A stretch of 33,293 nucleotides of DNA from Deltaproteobacteria bacterium (GTDB taxonomy: Bacteria; Myxococcota; JACRCW01). Where the stretch lies: contig JACRCW010000088.1 in assembly GCA_016218805.1 (NCBI GenBank), positions 1 to 33,293 of the forward strand. Direction: 5' to 3'. This document shows, one piece after another, positions 9,258 to 18,856 of this stretch. The number at the start of each line of letters is the position of its first letter. Position 1 is the first letter of the stretch. Under the pieces are notes generated by a model, which had not been told where the DNA came from, did no database searches, and saw only the letters and a program-made list of their open reading frames with translations. Both the position numbers and the translations under genes were made by a program.

Positions 9258-10982
9258 CTACCCGGGCCGGGTGACCTTCTGGATGTCCACCACCCGGTCC
9301 GCCACCTTCCACAGCGCTTCGCGGTGCGTGGCCATCACCACCGTGCACGTCCCCCGCAGTGCCTGCAGCGCACCCGCAATCTCGTTCTCCGTCGCCGCGT
9401 CCACGTTCGCCGTGGGCTCGTCCAACACCAGCAGGTCCGGCCGCGCCAGCCACGCGCGCGCCAGGCACAACCGCTGCTTCTGTCCCGCACTCAATCCCTG
9501 CAGTTCCTCGCTGACCATGCGCGTGCGTCCGGCCAGTTCCTCCAACCGCGCAAACCGCAGCGCGGCGCGCACCTCGTCGTCAGACGGGCGCGCGCCCAGC
9601 CCGTAGGCCAGGTTGTCCACCAGGTCCCCCAGCACCAGGAACGGTTCCGGCCCCACGTAGCCCACGCGCGGATTGGCCTCGGCGCGCCACCGCGTGGCGG
9701 GGACGCCGTCAACAAGGACCTCGCCCGTGCGCGGCTGCAGCGCGCCCAGCACCAGCATCAGCGCCGTGGTCTTGCCCGCGCCGCTGGGACCCGCCAGCGC
9801 CAGGATCCCGCCCGCGTCCACGGCGCACGTGAGCCCGGACAGCACCGGTTCATCTGCCCCGTACGCGTACGCCACGTCCCGCAGCGCAATGGCCGGGGGG
9901 CGCGGCTCACCCGCCCGCAACCCGCGTGGGGCCGGCGGGTTCGCGGGGGCGCCGGCCGGCCGCAGGTGCCGCGTGGCCCGGGTGATGACGTCATCCGGAA
10001 ACGCGGCAAGGAACTCCGCAGCGGCGCGCAGCGCCGGCAGGTTGGTCTGCGCGCGCAGCAACTGGGCCAGTGCGCCCTGCGCAGCCTGCAGGAAGCGCAG
10101 CGCCAGGTAGAGGAACACCAGCAGGCGCAGGCCCGCGGTGGCGAACACGTCCCGCGACACGAACACGACCGCGGCGACGACGAGCACCGCGAGCAGCGGG
10201 ACCACCGCGGCGAGCGCGTTGACCGCGCCCAGGTTGCGCACCTGCTGCCGCTGCTGATCAGCGAGGTCGACGAGCAGGCGGTCTTCCTCGGCGGGCTCCG
10301 TGCTCGTCAGCGAGATGTACAGGCGGTTGCGGGTGACCCGCTCCACGGCACGCGCCACAGCGCGCTGCAGTTCCAGGTGGCGCGCGGAACCGCGCCGCAC
10401 GCGCGCCTGCAGCACGCGGTACGCGCCGCCGGCCAGGACCACGCCCGCCACCACAACGAGCGACTCGCGCCAGGCGGTCAACAGCATGGCACTGAGCAGC
10501 ACCAGCGCGACGAGCGCTTGCACGGCGACGGCGACCGCGCTGGAGACGCACGCCCAGGAGCGTCCGCCCAATTCTCCCAGGCGCAGCTGCGCGTCCGACG
10601 ACGGGGACGCGCTCCCCAGCGAGGGAAACAGCAGCTCATGGACGGCCAGCGCACGCAGCCGCCCGGTGAGGGACTCCGCGGCCTGCACGGACACGTGCGC
10701 GCCCAGGAACGTCCCCGCGGAGCGGAGCGCGCCCAGGGCGACAAGCGCGGCGGTGGCCCCGGCGGTGCCCAGCGCGGTGGTCCAGGCCAGCGCGGCCGGG
10801 AGCTGCTCTGCGGGCGCAACGCCCACCACCACGAGGAACGCCTGCAGGTACAGCGCAAACCCGATCTCCGCGGCGGACTGCACCAGCGTGACGACGACGC
10901 CCGCCGCCAGCACACGCACGCCGCGCGGTCCCACCAGGTGGAGGATCTTGTGGGCGCCCATGGTGATGTCCGCGCTTTCCAT
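9258..10982 (-). CDS. ABC exporter, fused permease + ATPase (MsbA/PglK-like)
   Basis: N-terminal TM helices; Walker A GPSGAGKTT, signature LSAGQ, Walker B LLVLDEPT, H-loop ATHR. Confidence 0.9.
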   Translation of the reverse strand: MESADITMGAHKILHLVGPRGVRVLAAGVVVTLVQSAAEIGFALYLQAFLVVVGVAPAEQLPAALAWTTALGTAGATAALVALGALRSAGTFLGAHVSVQAAESLTGRLRALAVHELLFPSLGSASPSSDAQLRLGELGGRSWACVSSAVAVAVQALVALVLLSAMLLTAWRESLVVVAGVVLAGGAYRVLQARVRRGSARHLELQRAVARAVERVTRNRLYISLTSTEPAEEDRLLVDLADQQRQQVRNLGAVNALAAVVPLLAVLVVAAVVFVSRDVFATAGLRLLVFLYLALRFLQAAQGALAQLLRAQTNLPALRAAAEFLAAFPDDVITRATRHLRPAGAPANPPAPRGLRAGEPRPPAIALRDVAYAYGADEPVLSGLTCAVDAGGILALAGPSGAGKTTALMLVLGALQPRTGEVLVDGVPATRWRAEANPRVGYVGPEPFLVLGDLVDNLAYGLGARPSDDEVRAALRFARLEELAGRTRMVSEELQGLSAGQKQRLCLARAWLARPDLLVLDEPTANVDAATENEIAGALQALRGTCTVVMATHREALWKVADRVVDIQKVTRPG

Positions 10983-11047
10983 GACGCGTCCGCGCCCGCG
11001 CGACAAGGGGCGCGGCGCCCCCGCCGAATCCTGCTACGCTGCCTGCC

Positions 11048-11587
11048 ATGACCTCACCCCGCGTTTCGCTCCGCCCGCTCGACGTCAGCGACGTCGACAC
11101 CGTCCTGCGCTGGATCAACGACCCGGAGGTGACCCAGTACCTGCTGCTGGGGCGCATGCCCATCAACCGCACGCGCGAGCTGGAGTGGTTGCAGAAGCTG
11201 TACACGTCCGAGACCGACGTGGTGTTCGCCATTGTGCGCACCAGCGACGGGACACACGTGGGCAGCTGCGGTTTGCACCGCATTGACTCGGTGGACCGCA
11301 GCGCGGAGGCGGGGATCATGATCGGTGAGCGCACCGCGTGGGGGCACGGGTTTGGGACCGACGCGATGGAACTGCTGCTGCGGTACGCGTTTGACGTGCG
11401 GGGTTTGAACCGGGTGGAGCTGGAGGTGTTTGGGGACAACGCGCGGGCGATTGCCACCTACCGGAAGCTGGGCTTCCGCGAGGAGGGGGTGCACCGGCAG
11501 CGGCGCTTCAAGCAGGGCGCGTTCCGCGACGTGCTGTGGATGGCGATGCTGCGCGACGAGTGGAAGGCGCGGCCGCCGCCGGCATGA
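11048..11587 (+). CDS. GNAT N-acetyltransferase, RimJ/RimL-like
   Basis: VSLRPL, AEAGIMIGE..WGHGFGT, LNRVELEVFGDNARAIATYRKLGFREEG. Confidence 0.92.
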   Translation: MTSPRVSLRPLDVSDVDTVLRWINDPEVTQYLLLGRMPINRTRELEWLQKLYTSETDVVFAIVRTSDGTHVGSCGLHRIDSVDRSAEAGIMIGERTAWGHGFGTDAMELLLRYAFDVRGLNRVELEVFGDNARAIATYRKLGFREEGVHRQRRFKQGAFRDVLWMAMLRDEWKARPPPA

Positions 11588-12380
11588 CGTCCACGGCGTG
11601 CAGCGCGCGGGCGGCGCCCTCGCCGTCCGGCCAGGCAGCGTCACCCAGGAGCCACAACGGCACGCGGTGAACACGGAGGGCACTGCGCAAGGCGGCTGCC
11701 TGTTGGCGGAGTGATTCCGGCCGGCGGTGTGCGCGGGTGGCCAGGACAACCAGGGCCGCCGGGCGCAGCGCGCGCAGCGCGCGAATGACGGACGGCACGG
11801 GCGTAGGACCACCGGCCCACAACGTGGGTGCGCCGCCGTCACGCAGCAGCAGCTCCGCCAGCGCCAGCGGGACGCGCGCGGGCTCTCCCTCCGCGCAGGT
11901 GAACAGCCACGGCGGGGTGCGGTCATCAAACGGCAACTGTTCCGTCAGCAGCTGCGTGGCGCGCAGGATGCGTTCGGTGGCCAGGCGCTCCTCCAGTCCG
12001 GTGAGGTGACCGCTCTCGCGGCGGCGCAGAGCAAGGTCCCACGCCTGTTCAACCACGCCCACCGCGGCGGTCCACGCTCCGGTGCGGCCGCGCAGCGCAA
12101 GCAGGTGCCCGGCGGCCTCGCCGGCATGGCGCGCGGCCAGGACGTCACCCAGGAAGCGTTCGTGGGCGGGGCGTTCCGCGGAGCGTCCGGAGGGGACGCC
12201 GGCCTGGGCGGCGCGGAGGCGCTCCACGTCCGCGGCGGCAAACCGACGGTGCCCCCCCGCGGTGCGCGACGCCCGGAGCAGGCCCGCGTCACACCAACGC
12301 TTCACGGTGGCGGTGCCCACGCCCAGTTGCCGGGCGGCCTGCGCAACGGTGACGAGTAAGGACTCCATGTTGTCCATCAT
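11508..12380 (-). CDS. MerR/excisionase-type HTH regulator with degenerate cobalamin-binding (CarH/LitR-like) domains
   Basis: TVAQAARQLGVGTATVKRWCDAG..RTAGGHRRF HTH, followed by a helical bundle and a Rossmann-like segment (TLWAGGPTP). Start could be 12377 or 12368. Overlaps the 3' end of the GNAT gene by 80 nt. Confidence 0.8.
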   Translation of the reverse strand: MMDNMESLLVTVAQAARQLGVGTATVKRWCDAGLLRASRTAGGHRRFAAADVERLRAAQAGVPSGRSAERPAHERFLGDVLAARHAGEAAGHLLALRGRTGAWTAAVGVVEQAWDLALRRRESGHLTGLEERLATERILRATQLLTEQLPFDDRTPPWLFTCAEGEPARVPLALAELLLRDGGAPTLWAGGPTPVPSVIRALRALRPAALVVLATRAHRRPESLRQQAAALRSALRVHRVPLWLLGDAAWPDGEGAARALHAVDVMPAAAAPSTRRAASPSTARRGTRPA

Positions 12381-12527
12381 ACTTCGAGCGTTTCACCGCG
12401 TCACCATGCTCTGCCAACCGACCAAACCGCCCACCCAGCGAGCGGGCCGTCCTTCCCGCCGATACCTGGGCCACCTGGGAGGGCGAGGCTCCTGCCGAGC
12501 CGCGCCACCGGGCTGGAGCGTGACACG

Positions 12528-13424
12528 ATGCGTTTCAACAGCGCGCTGGGTGCGTGGACGGGACTGGTGTTGGCCGCGGGGCCGGTGGCCGCGCAGTACC
12601 GGAACAACGGGTTGTTCGCGGAGGTGGGCGCGGAGAGCCACGAGGTGGCGCCGCTGACGGTGGCGACGGTGGCGGGCAGTGAGTTGGGTCTGCGGGGCTG
12701 GAAGGCGGCGTACCGGGAGCGCGTGCTGCCCGCGGGCCCCGGTGCGCGGCAGGGATGTCTGGCTCAGGTGACGGCTGGGGACGGCGGTCTGCCCTGCCGC
12801 TACGACTGGTGGGGCCTGACGGACGGTCCGTACCTGGGGGTGGGCGTCCAGCGCGTGGTGGGTGACCTGCTGGTGGACGTGTCCGAGGCGCCGCTGCTGC
12901 GCAACCTGGTGCTGACGGGTCGGACGGGGGTGGCGCCGGGGCTCACGCTGCCGTTCAGCCGTGACGTCGTGCGGCCGGCGGCGGCGTGGCACGCGGAGAC
13001 GGGCATCCGGTGGAACATCCTGGATGAACAATGGCGCCCGTTCATCGGGCTGGCGGGCGGGATGACGGTGATGCTGGACCCGGTGGCGGTGCTGCTGCGG
13101 GCGCGGCGGATGGATGAGACGTGTCGCCGCGTGGAGGCGGGCGAACCGCTGGGCCCTTCGGACGTGTGCGTGCGCGAGGACTACCAACTGCCCAACGGGA
13201 CGTCGGTGAACCCGTCGTACCTGTTGTTTGGCGCCAACGCGGCGCCGGTGCTGGTGAACCTGCGGCCGGAGGCGGGGCTGGAGTGGTTCTTCAAGGAGGA
13301 CCTGAGCCTGCAGGCCAGCGTGACGGCGGCCGTGCACGGGACGCTGCTGCCGGCCTACCTGCTGCACCCGCCGTTCTTCGGCGTGGACGGGCGGGCCACG
13401 CTGGCGGTGGTGGCGTACTACTGA
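12528..13424 (+). CDS. Hypothetical exported protein, probable outer-membrane beta-barrel
   Basis: Signal peptide ending VAA-QY, amphipathic strands (WRPFIGLAGG, AGLEWFF), C-terminal YY; GC3-rich codons. Confidence 0.6.
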   Translation: MRFNSALGAWTGLVLAAGPVAAQYRNNGLFAEVGAESHEVAPLTVATVAGSELGLRGWKAAYRERVLPAGPGARQGCLAQVTAGDGGLPCRYDWWGLTDGPYLGVGVQRVVGDLLVDVSEAPLLRNLVLTGRTGVAPGLTLPFSRDVVRPAAAWHAETGIRWNILDEQWRPFIGLAGGMTVMLDPVAVLLRARRMDETCRRVEAGEPLGPSDVCVREDYQLPNGTSVNPSYLLFGANAAPVLVNLRPEAGLEWFFKEDLSLQASVTAAVHGTLLPAYLLHPPFFGVDGRATLAVVAYY

Positions 13425-13427
13425 CCG

Positions 13428-14768
13428 TCACCGCGCGCGGCGGTTGCTCACTGACAGCCAGACCCCTATGCCGCCCATGATGGCAATCACCGAACTTCCC
13501 CCGTAGCTCATCAGCGGCAGCGTGACGCCAACCACCGGGAGTGTGCCGGTGACCATGCCCACGTTGATGAACACGTGCCAGAAGATGAACGAGGCCACCC
13601 CGACGCTGAGCAGCGTGCCAAAGCGGTCCCTGGCGCGCGACGCGATGGAGATACCGGCCCACAGCAGGGCAAAGAAGAGGATGAGCAGGACGGCGCCGCC
13701 GAACAGGCCCCATTCCTCGCCCAGCACGCTGAACACAAAGTCCGTGTGGTTCTCCGGCAGGAAGCTCAACTGCGTCTGGGTGCCCGCCTTGAAGCCCTTC
13801 CCGTCGGTCCCACCGGAGCCGATGGCGATCATGGACTGGTTGGCGTGGTACCCGGCGCCCAGCGCATCCGCCTCAGGGTCCAGGAACGTGAGCACGCGTT
13901 TCTTCTGGTACGGCTTGAGCACGTTGAACCACGCCACCACGCTCCCCACCACGGAAAACACCGCGGCAATGATGACGGACACCGGTTTCATGCCGCAGAA
14001 CAGGACCATGGACAGGCTGATGACGAGGTTGATGGACGCGGTCCCCAGGTCGGGCTGCACCAGGATCAGCACCACCGGCACGGCGATGATGTCGATGGGC
14101 GCGACCAGCGACCGCGGTGGGAAGCCCTGGCGAACCACCTTGAACACCGCCACCAGCAGCCACGCCAGCACCAGGACCAGCAGCAGCGTGCGGATGGTGC
14201 CACCGGAGACCTGCCAGCCCACCCCGGGAATCACCAGCGTGGCCGCGCCAATCTTCTCCCATTTGACGACGATGGCGGCCACCGCGCCCAGCGGGCGCGA
14301 CAGGTTCAGCGGGCGGAACAGGTCACGCAGGGTGTACCCGCCGGGCACCTCCCACGCGGCCAGGTAGCGGGCCATCGTGAGAATCAGCGCCAGCTTCATC
14401 GGCTCGGACGGCTGGATGTTGATGGGCCCCACGGCCAACCAGCGCTTGGCGCCCAGGATGGCCCGCCCCTTCCACAGCACCAGCACCAGCAGCACCAGCA
14501 CGACGACGTACAGCGGGTAGGCCACCTGTTCCAGGTTGCGGTAGTCCCACCGGCCGATCACCAGCGCGACCACCGCGCCGAACGCCACCCAGGTGGCCTG
14601 GTACAGATACAGCGTGGGCGCGGTCACCTGCGCGGCGGACGAGATGTTGACCACGCCGATGGTGGCGATCACGAGCGCGAAGAACAGCGGCGTGAGGTCC
14701 ATGCCGCCCTGCCGCGACGACGACGACAGCGAGGAAGACAGCAGGCCGTATTCGCCGCGGGCGATCAT
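13428..14768 (-). CDS. rodA: Rod shape-determining protein RodA (SEDS glycosyltransferase)
   Basis: GAKRWL, IQPSEPMK, QPDLGT, GYHANQSMIAIGSGG, FLPENHTDFVFSVLGEEWG, PVVGVTLPLMSYGGSS; directly downstream of mrdA. Confidence 0.95.
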   Translation of the reverse strand: MIARGEYGLLSSSLSSSSRQGGMDLTPLFFALVIATIGVVNISSAAQVTAPTLYLYQATWVAFGAVVALVIGRWDYRNLEQVAYPLYVVVLVLLVLVLWKGRAILGAKRWLAVGPINIQPSEPMKLALILTMARYLAAWEVPGGYTLRDLFRPLNLSRPLGAVAAIVVKWEKIGAATLVIPGVGWQVSGGTIRTLLLVLVLAWLLVAVFKVVRQGFPPRSLVAPIDIIAVPVVLILVQPDLGTASINLVISLSMVLFCGMKPVSVIIAAVFSVVGSVVAWFNVLKPYQKKRVLTFLDPEADALGAGYHANQSMIAIGSGGTDGKGFKAGTQTQLSFLPENHTDFVFSVLGEEWGLFGGAVLLILFFALLWAGISIASRARDRFGTLLSVGVASFIFWHVFINVGMVTGTLPVVGVTLPLMSYGGSSVIAIMGGIGVWLSVSNRRAR

Positions 14769-14769
14769 G

Positions 14770-17043
14770 TCAGTCCTCCGCATCCACGACGGGCGGCGCG
14801 TCCGGCACGGCCGCTGCGGCCCCCGCCGGGGCGACGGGCTGCGGGACCACACGCACGCGGTCCCGTTCCGGCCGCGCGTGAAAGCCCTTCTTCTCAAAGT
14901 ACGCGCGCATCACGGCCGCACTCACCGGCGCGCTGGTAGAACCGCCAAACCCGCCGTGCTCGGTGAGCGTGACCACCACAATCTCCGGCGCCTCCGCCGG
15001 CGCAAACCCGGCAAACCACGCGTGGTCACGCAGCAGGTACTCCGTCTTGGCTGCCTCCACGTGCTGCACGCTCTTGGACAGCCGGGCCACCTGCGCGGTG
15101 CCGGTCTTTCCGCCAATGGCAACGCCCGCCGTGCGCAGCCACAGACCCAGGCCCGGCGGATCATCCTTCCACATCACCCCCGCGGCGGTGCCGCCGGGTT
15201 TCACCACCTCGCTCATGCCGGTGAGGACCTCCTTCATTCCGGCAGCGGGCAGCGTGATCTTCCGCCGCAGGCGCGGCGGGTGCTCGTGGAGCACGCGCCC
15301 CTCCTTGTCCTCCGTGCGCAGCACCAGGCGCGGCTCATACAACATCCCGCCGTTGACAATGGCGGCGTAGCCCATGGCCAGTTGCAGCGGTGTGAGCACC
15401 ACGTCACCCTGACCAATGGCGTTGTTGACCACGTAGCCGCCCTGGTAGCTGCCAAACCGCGTGACGTAGTAGTTCTCGTCGGCAACCAGGCCGGAGATCT
15501 CGCCGTCCAGCGGCACGCCGGTCTTCTCCCCCAGCCCAAACTCGTGCGCGTGTTGTGACAGCAGGTCCGCTCCCAGGTTGTAACCCAGCCGGTAGTAGTA
15601 CGCGTCACAGCTGACCTGGATGGATTTCTGCAGCGCCACCCCGCCGTGGCCAAAGCGGTTGAAGCAGCGCCAGGTAGTGCGCCCCAGCTGGAAGAACCCG
15701 GGGCACGGCAGCACGCTGTCCGGGCCAATGCGTGACTCCAACAGCCCGGCGAGCGCGGTGAACAGCTTGAAGGTGGAACCGGGGGCGTAGTGCTGTTGGA
15801 TGGCCTTGTTGATCCACGGCTGCAGGGGGTCCAGGTCCAGCGCACGCTTCTCCGCCGCGGTCATCCGTCCGCTGACCACGTTGGGGTCGTAATCAGGGAA
15901 GGAGGCCAGCGCCAGGATGGACCCGGTGGCCACGTCAACGGCGACCACCGCGCCGGCGCGGCCGCGGAAGCTCTCCTCGGCGGCGCGCTGCAGGTCCATG
16001 TCCAGCGCCAGCACCAGGGTCTGACCGGGCGTGGCCTCCACGCGGGCGTCATCGCCCAGCAGGGACCGCGCCCGGTCGTCGTTGAGGCGGCGGCCCTTGG
16101 CGTCCACCACCACCTTCTCCTGGCCGTCCTTGCCGCGCAGTGTCCGTTCGTAGCTGCGCTCCAGGCCGCGGCGCCCCATGTAGTCACCGCGCAGGTAGCC
16201 TTGCGGTTCCAATTCGCCCAGTTCCTGCGCGCCCACCTCGTTCATGTAGCCCAGCAGGTGCGCCGCCAGCGCGCCCTCGCGGTAGCGGCGGACCACGCTG
16301 CCGGTGACGTCCGCACCGGGCAGCTCACCCATGGATGCGGCGTGGCTGGCGCGCGCGTACGCGTCCCACGGGAGGTTCTGCTTGACCATGATGGGGACAA
16401 ACCGGTTCAGCCCGCGGGCGCGCGCCACCTCCTTGCGCACCTCCGCCAGGCCGCCCTCCGGGAGGTCCAGCACGTGTTCCAGGCGGCGGAACACCAGCGC
16501 GGCGGTGGCAAAGTCATGCGGGTAGGCCACCAGGTCGGTGCCGCCGTTGTCGCCGGGGACCAGGTCCAGCCCGGCCACCTGGGTGGCCTCCAGGGCGGCA
16601 CGGGTGGCGGTGACGGCGGAAGGGCTGAGCCCGGTGGCGATGACCACGGGCGCAACGTCCTTCTCGCCGACGCGCTTCTGGATGGCGTCCGCCACCTCGC
16701 GGGGGGCGCGCGCCACGCCGGCGGCTCCGAGCACACGCGCGAGCATGGCGCGGGCATCGGGGAGGAACGCGGGGGTGACAAACACGTCGTGGGAGGGGCG
16801 GTTCTCGGCCAGCACGCGGCGTTCGCGGTCACGGATCATGCCGCGTTCATGGGCCACGCGGCGCAGCTGGATGAAGTTGCTTTCGCTCTTCTGGCGGAGT
16901 TCCTGGTGGCGTTTGACCTGGAGCACGTAGAGGCGCACGACGAGGAACGCGAGCGCCACGCCCGCGACCGCGGTCAGCACGCGGAAGCGCACCCGTCCGA
17001 ACTGTCGATCGCCGCCGATGCCCAGCGCCACCACGACGTGCAC
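14770..17043 (-). CDS. mrdA: Penicillin-binding protein 2 (class B transpeptidase)
   Basis: TM anchor, RGMIRDR, GRRGLERSYE, PGSTFK (SxxK), SCD, AIGQG, KTGTAQ, DHAWF. GTG start (17043 or 17034) after GGAGG. Confidence 0.95.
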   Translation of the reverse strand: MHVVVALGIGGDRQFGRVRFRVLTAVAGVALAFLVVRLYVLQVKRHQELRQKSESNFIQLRRVAHERGMIRDRERRVLAENRPSHDVFVTPAFLPDARAMLARVLGAAGVARAPREVADAIQKRVGEKDVAPVVIATGLSPSAVTATRAALEATQVAGLDLVPGDNGGTDLVAYPHDFATAALVFRRLEHVLDLPEGGLAEVRKEVARARGLNRFVPIMVKQNLPWDAYARASHAASMGELPGADVTGSVVRRYREGALAAHLLGYMNEVGAQELGELEPQGYLRGDYMGRRGLERSYERTLRGKDGQEKVVVDAKGRRLNDDRARSLLGDDARVEATPGQTLVLALDMDLQRAAEESFRGRAGAVVAVDVATGSILALASFPDYDPNVVSGRMTAAEKRALDLDPLQPWINKAIQQHYAPGSTFKLFTALAGLLESRIGPDSVLPCPGFFQLGRTTWRCFNRFGHGGVALQKSIQVSCDAYYYRLGYNLGADLLSQHAHEFGLGEKTGVPLDGEISGLVADENYYVTRFGSYQGGYVVNNAIGQGDVVLTPLQLAMGYAAIVNGGMLYEPRLVLRTEDKEGRVLHEHPPRLRRKITLPAAGMKEVLTGMSEVVKPGGTAAGVMWKDDPPGLGLWLRTAGVAIGGKTGTAQVARLSKSVQHVEAAKTEYLLRDHAWFAGFAPAEAPEIVVVTLTEHGGFGGSTSAPVSAAVMRAYFEKKGFHARPERDRVRVVPQPVAPAGAAAAVPDAPPVVDAED

Positions 17044-17299
17044 GCGCCTCCGTGCGGACACAATGCACTCCGCGCACCCCGTCCCGCAATGCGCCACCCG
17101 CCGCGCGCCGCGTCGCCCGGCCCCGCTCACCCATGACCAGCGCCGGCACGGGGTGGCCCCACCGCGGTGGGTCGGCGCGTGGCTCGGGGAAGGCGCACTC
17201 CACGACGTCGCGCTGGCTTCCTTGTGGGCCACCACCCTGCGTGCTACGGCGCGGCGCCTGTCGCCGGGGCGTGGCCGTCGGCGAGAACGGAGTGCCGAC

Positions 17300-17866
17300 G
17301 TGCAGGTGAAGATTGACAAGACGCCGTTCCGGGACGTGTTGGTCGTGCGGTCCGAGGTGTTTGAAGACGCGCGCGGGTTCTTCACGGAGGTCTACCGGCA
17401 GGACCAGTTTGCGGAGCTGGGCGTGCCGTCCACGTTTGTGCAGTTCAACCACTCCGGCAGCGTGCGCAACGTGACGCGGGGGCTGCACTTCCAGTGGGAA
17501 CCGCCCATGGGCAAGCTGATGCGGGTGACCCGCGGCGAGGCGTTCCTGGTGGCGGTGGACCTGCGCAAGGGCAGCCCCACGCTGGGCAAGGCGTTCACCG
17601 TGGTGGCCAATGACCACAACCGCCTGCAGGTGTTTGCGCCGGCGGGGTTTGCGCGGGGATTCTGCGTGTTGTCGGAATTTGCGGAGCTGCAGTACCTGTG
17701 CACGGGTACGTACTCCAACAAGGCGGAGAGCGGCATCCGGTGGAATGACCCGGCGCTGGGGATTGACTGGCCGGTGAAGGAGCCCATCCTGTCGGACAAG
17801 GACCAGAAGGCGCAGACGCTGGCAGAGTGGCTCAAGCGCCCTGAATCGGACCACTTCAAGTACTGA
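17300..17866 (+). CDS. rfbC: dTDP-4-dehydrorhamnose 3,5-epimerase
   Basis: FEDARGFFTE, FVQFNHS, RGLHFQ, VAVDLRKGSPT, GIRWNDP, LSDKD; GTG start with GGAG RBS. Confidence 0.93.
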   Translation: MQVKIDKTPFRDVLVVRSEVFEDARGFFTEVYRQDQFAELGVPSTFVQFNHSGSVRNVTRGLHFQWEPPMGKLMRVTRGEAFLVAVDLRKGSPTLGKAFTVVANDHNRLQVFAPAGFARGFCVLSEFAELQYLCTGTYSNKAESGIRWNDPALGIDWPVKEPILSDKDQKAQTLAEWLKRPESDHFKY

Positions 17867-17880
17867 CGGAGGTTTCCCGG

Positions 17881-18846
17881 ATGCGCATCCTCGTCGCAGG
17901 CGGAGCGGGTTACATCGGCAGCGTGCTGGTGCCGCGGCTGTTGGAACGCGGCTACCAGGTGGACGTGGTGGACCAGCTGTGGTTCGGCAACCACCTCCCC
18001 GCGGGCGTGAAGATCATTGAGCGGGACCTGATGGACCTGGGTGAGAAGGACCTCGCCGGCTACCAGCAGGTCATCTACATCGCCGGGCTCAGCAACGACC
18101 CGATGGCGGAGTACAGCCCCGCGCGCAACTTTGTGGAGAACGGCGCCGGCGCGGCGTACCTGGCGTACATTGCCAAGCGGTGCGGTGTGGAGCGCTACAT
18201 CTACGGCGGCAGCTGTTCGGTGTACGGCTACACGGTGAACGAGCTGTACGACGAACAGAGCCCCACGGTGAGCAGCTACCCGTACGGCATCAGCAAGCTG
18301 CAGGGCGAGTTTGGCTCCATGCAGCTGCGCGACGACAAGTTCTCCGTCATCTGCTTCCGGCAGGGGACGGTGAGCGGGTATTCGCCGCGCATGCGGTTGG
18401 ATCTCATTGTGAACACCATGTTCAAGTGCGCCGTGGAGGACAAGACCATCACGGTGAACAACCCGGCCATCTGGCGCCCGCTGTTGGCCATCCAGGACGC
18501 GGCCAGCGCCTACGTGCGCGCGGTGGAGGCCCCGCGGGAGATCTCCGGCGTCTTCAACGTGGCCTCCGGCAACTACACGGTGGGCGAAGTGGCGGACTAC
18601 GTGAAGCACGGCGTCAAGGAGTCCCTGGGGATTGACGCGCGCATTGTCATCAAGCACGTGGAGGACTTCCGCAACTACAAGGTGTCCACGGAGAAGGCGC
18701 GCAACGTGCTGTCCTTCAAGCCGCGCCACGACGTGGAATCAATCGTCAAGGAGCTGGCGGAGAACCTGGAACGCTTCAAGGCGTTTGACACCGAGCGGTT
18801 CTACAACATCCGCACGTTCAAGAAGCTCAACCCGGTCCCGCACTGA
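17881..18846 (+). CDS. NAD-dependent nucleotide-sugar epimerase/dehydratase (extended SDR)
   Basis: GGAGYIG, AGLSNDP, SCSVYG, YGISK, SPRMRLDLIVN; GGAGG RBS. Confidence 0.9.
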   Translation: MRILVAGGAGYIGSVLVPRLLERGYQVDVVDQLWFGNHLPAGVKIIERDLMDLGEKDLAGYQQVIYIAGLSNDPMAEYSPARNFVENGAGAAYLAYIAKRCGVERYIYGGSCSVYGYTVNELYDEQSPTVSSYPYGISKLQGEFGSMQLRDDKFSVICFRQGTVSGYSPRMRLDLIVNTMFKCAVEDKTITVNNPAIWRPLLAIQDAASAYVRAVEAPREISGVFNVASGNYTVGEVADYVKHGVKESLGIDARIVIKHVEDFRNYKVSTEKARNVLSFKPRHDVESIVKELAENLERFKAFDTERFYNIRTFKKLNPVPH

Positions 18847-18856
18847 GGAGGTTCCC

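Noticed and set aside
11508..11587. 80-nt convergent overlap of the GNAT and MerR genes as a regulatory feature
   Set aside because: The MerR tail there is low-complexity read-through, which is common in GC-rich genomes.
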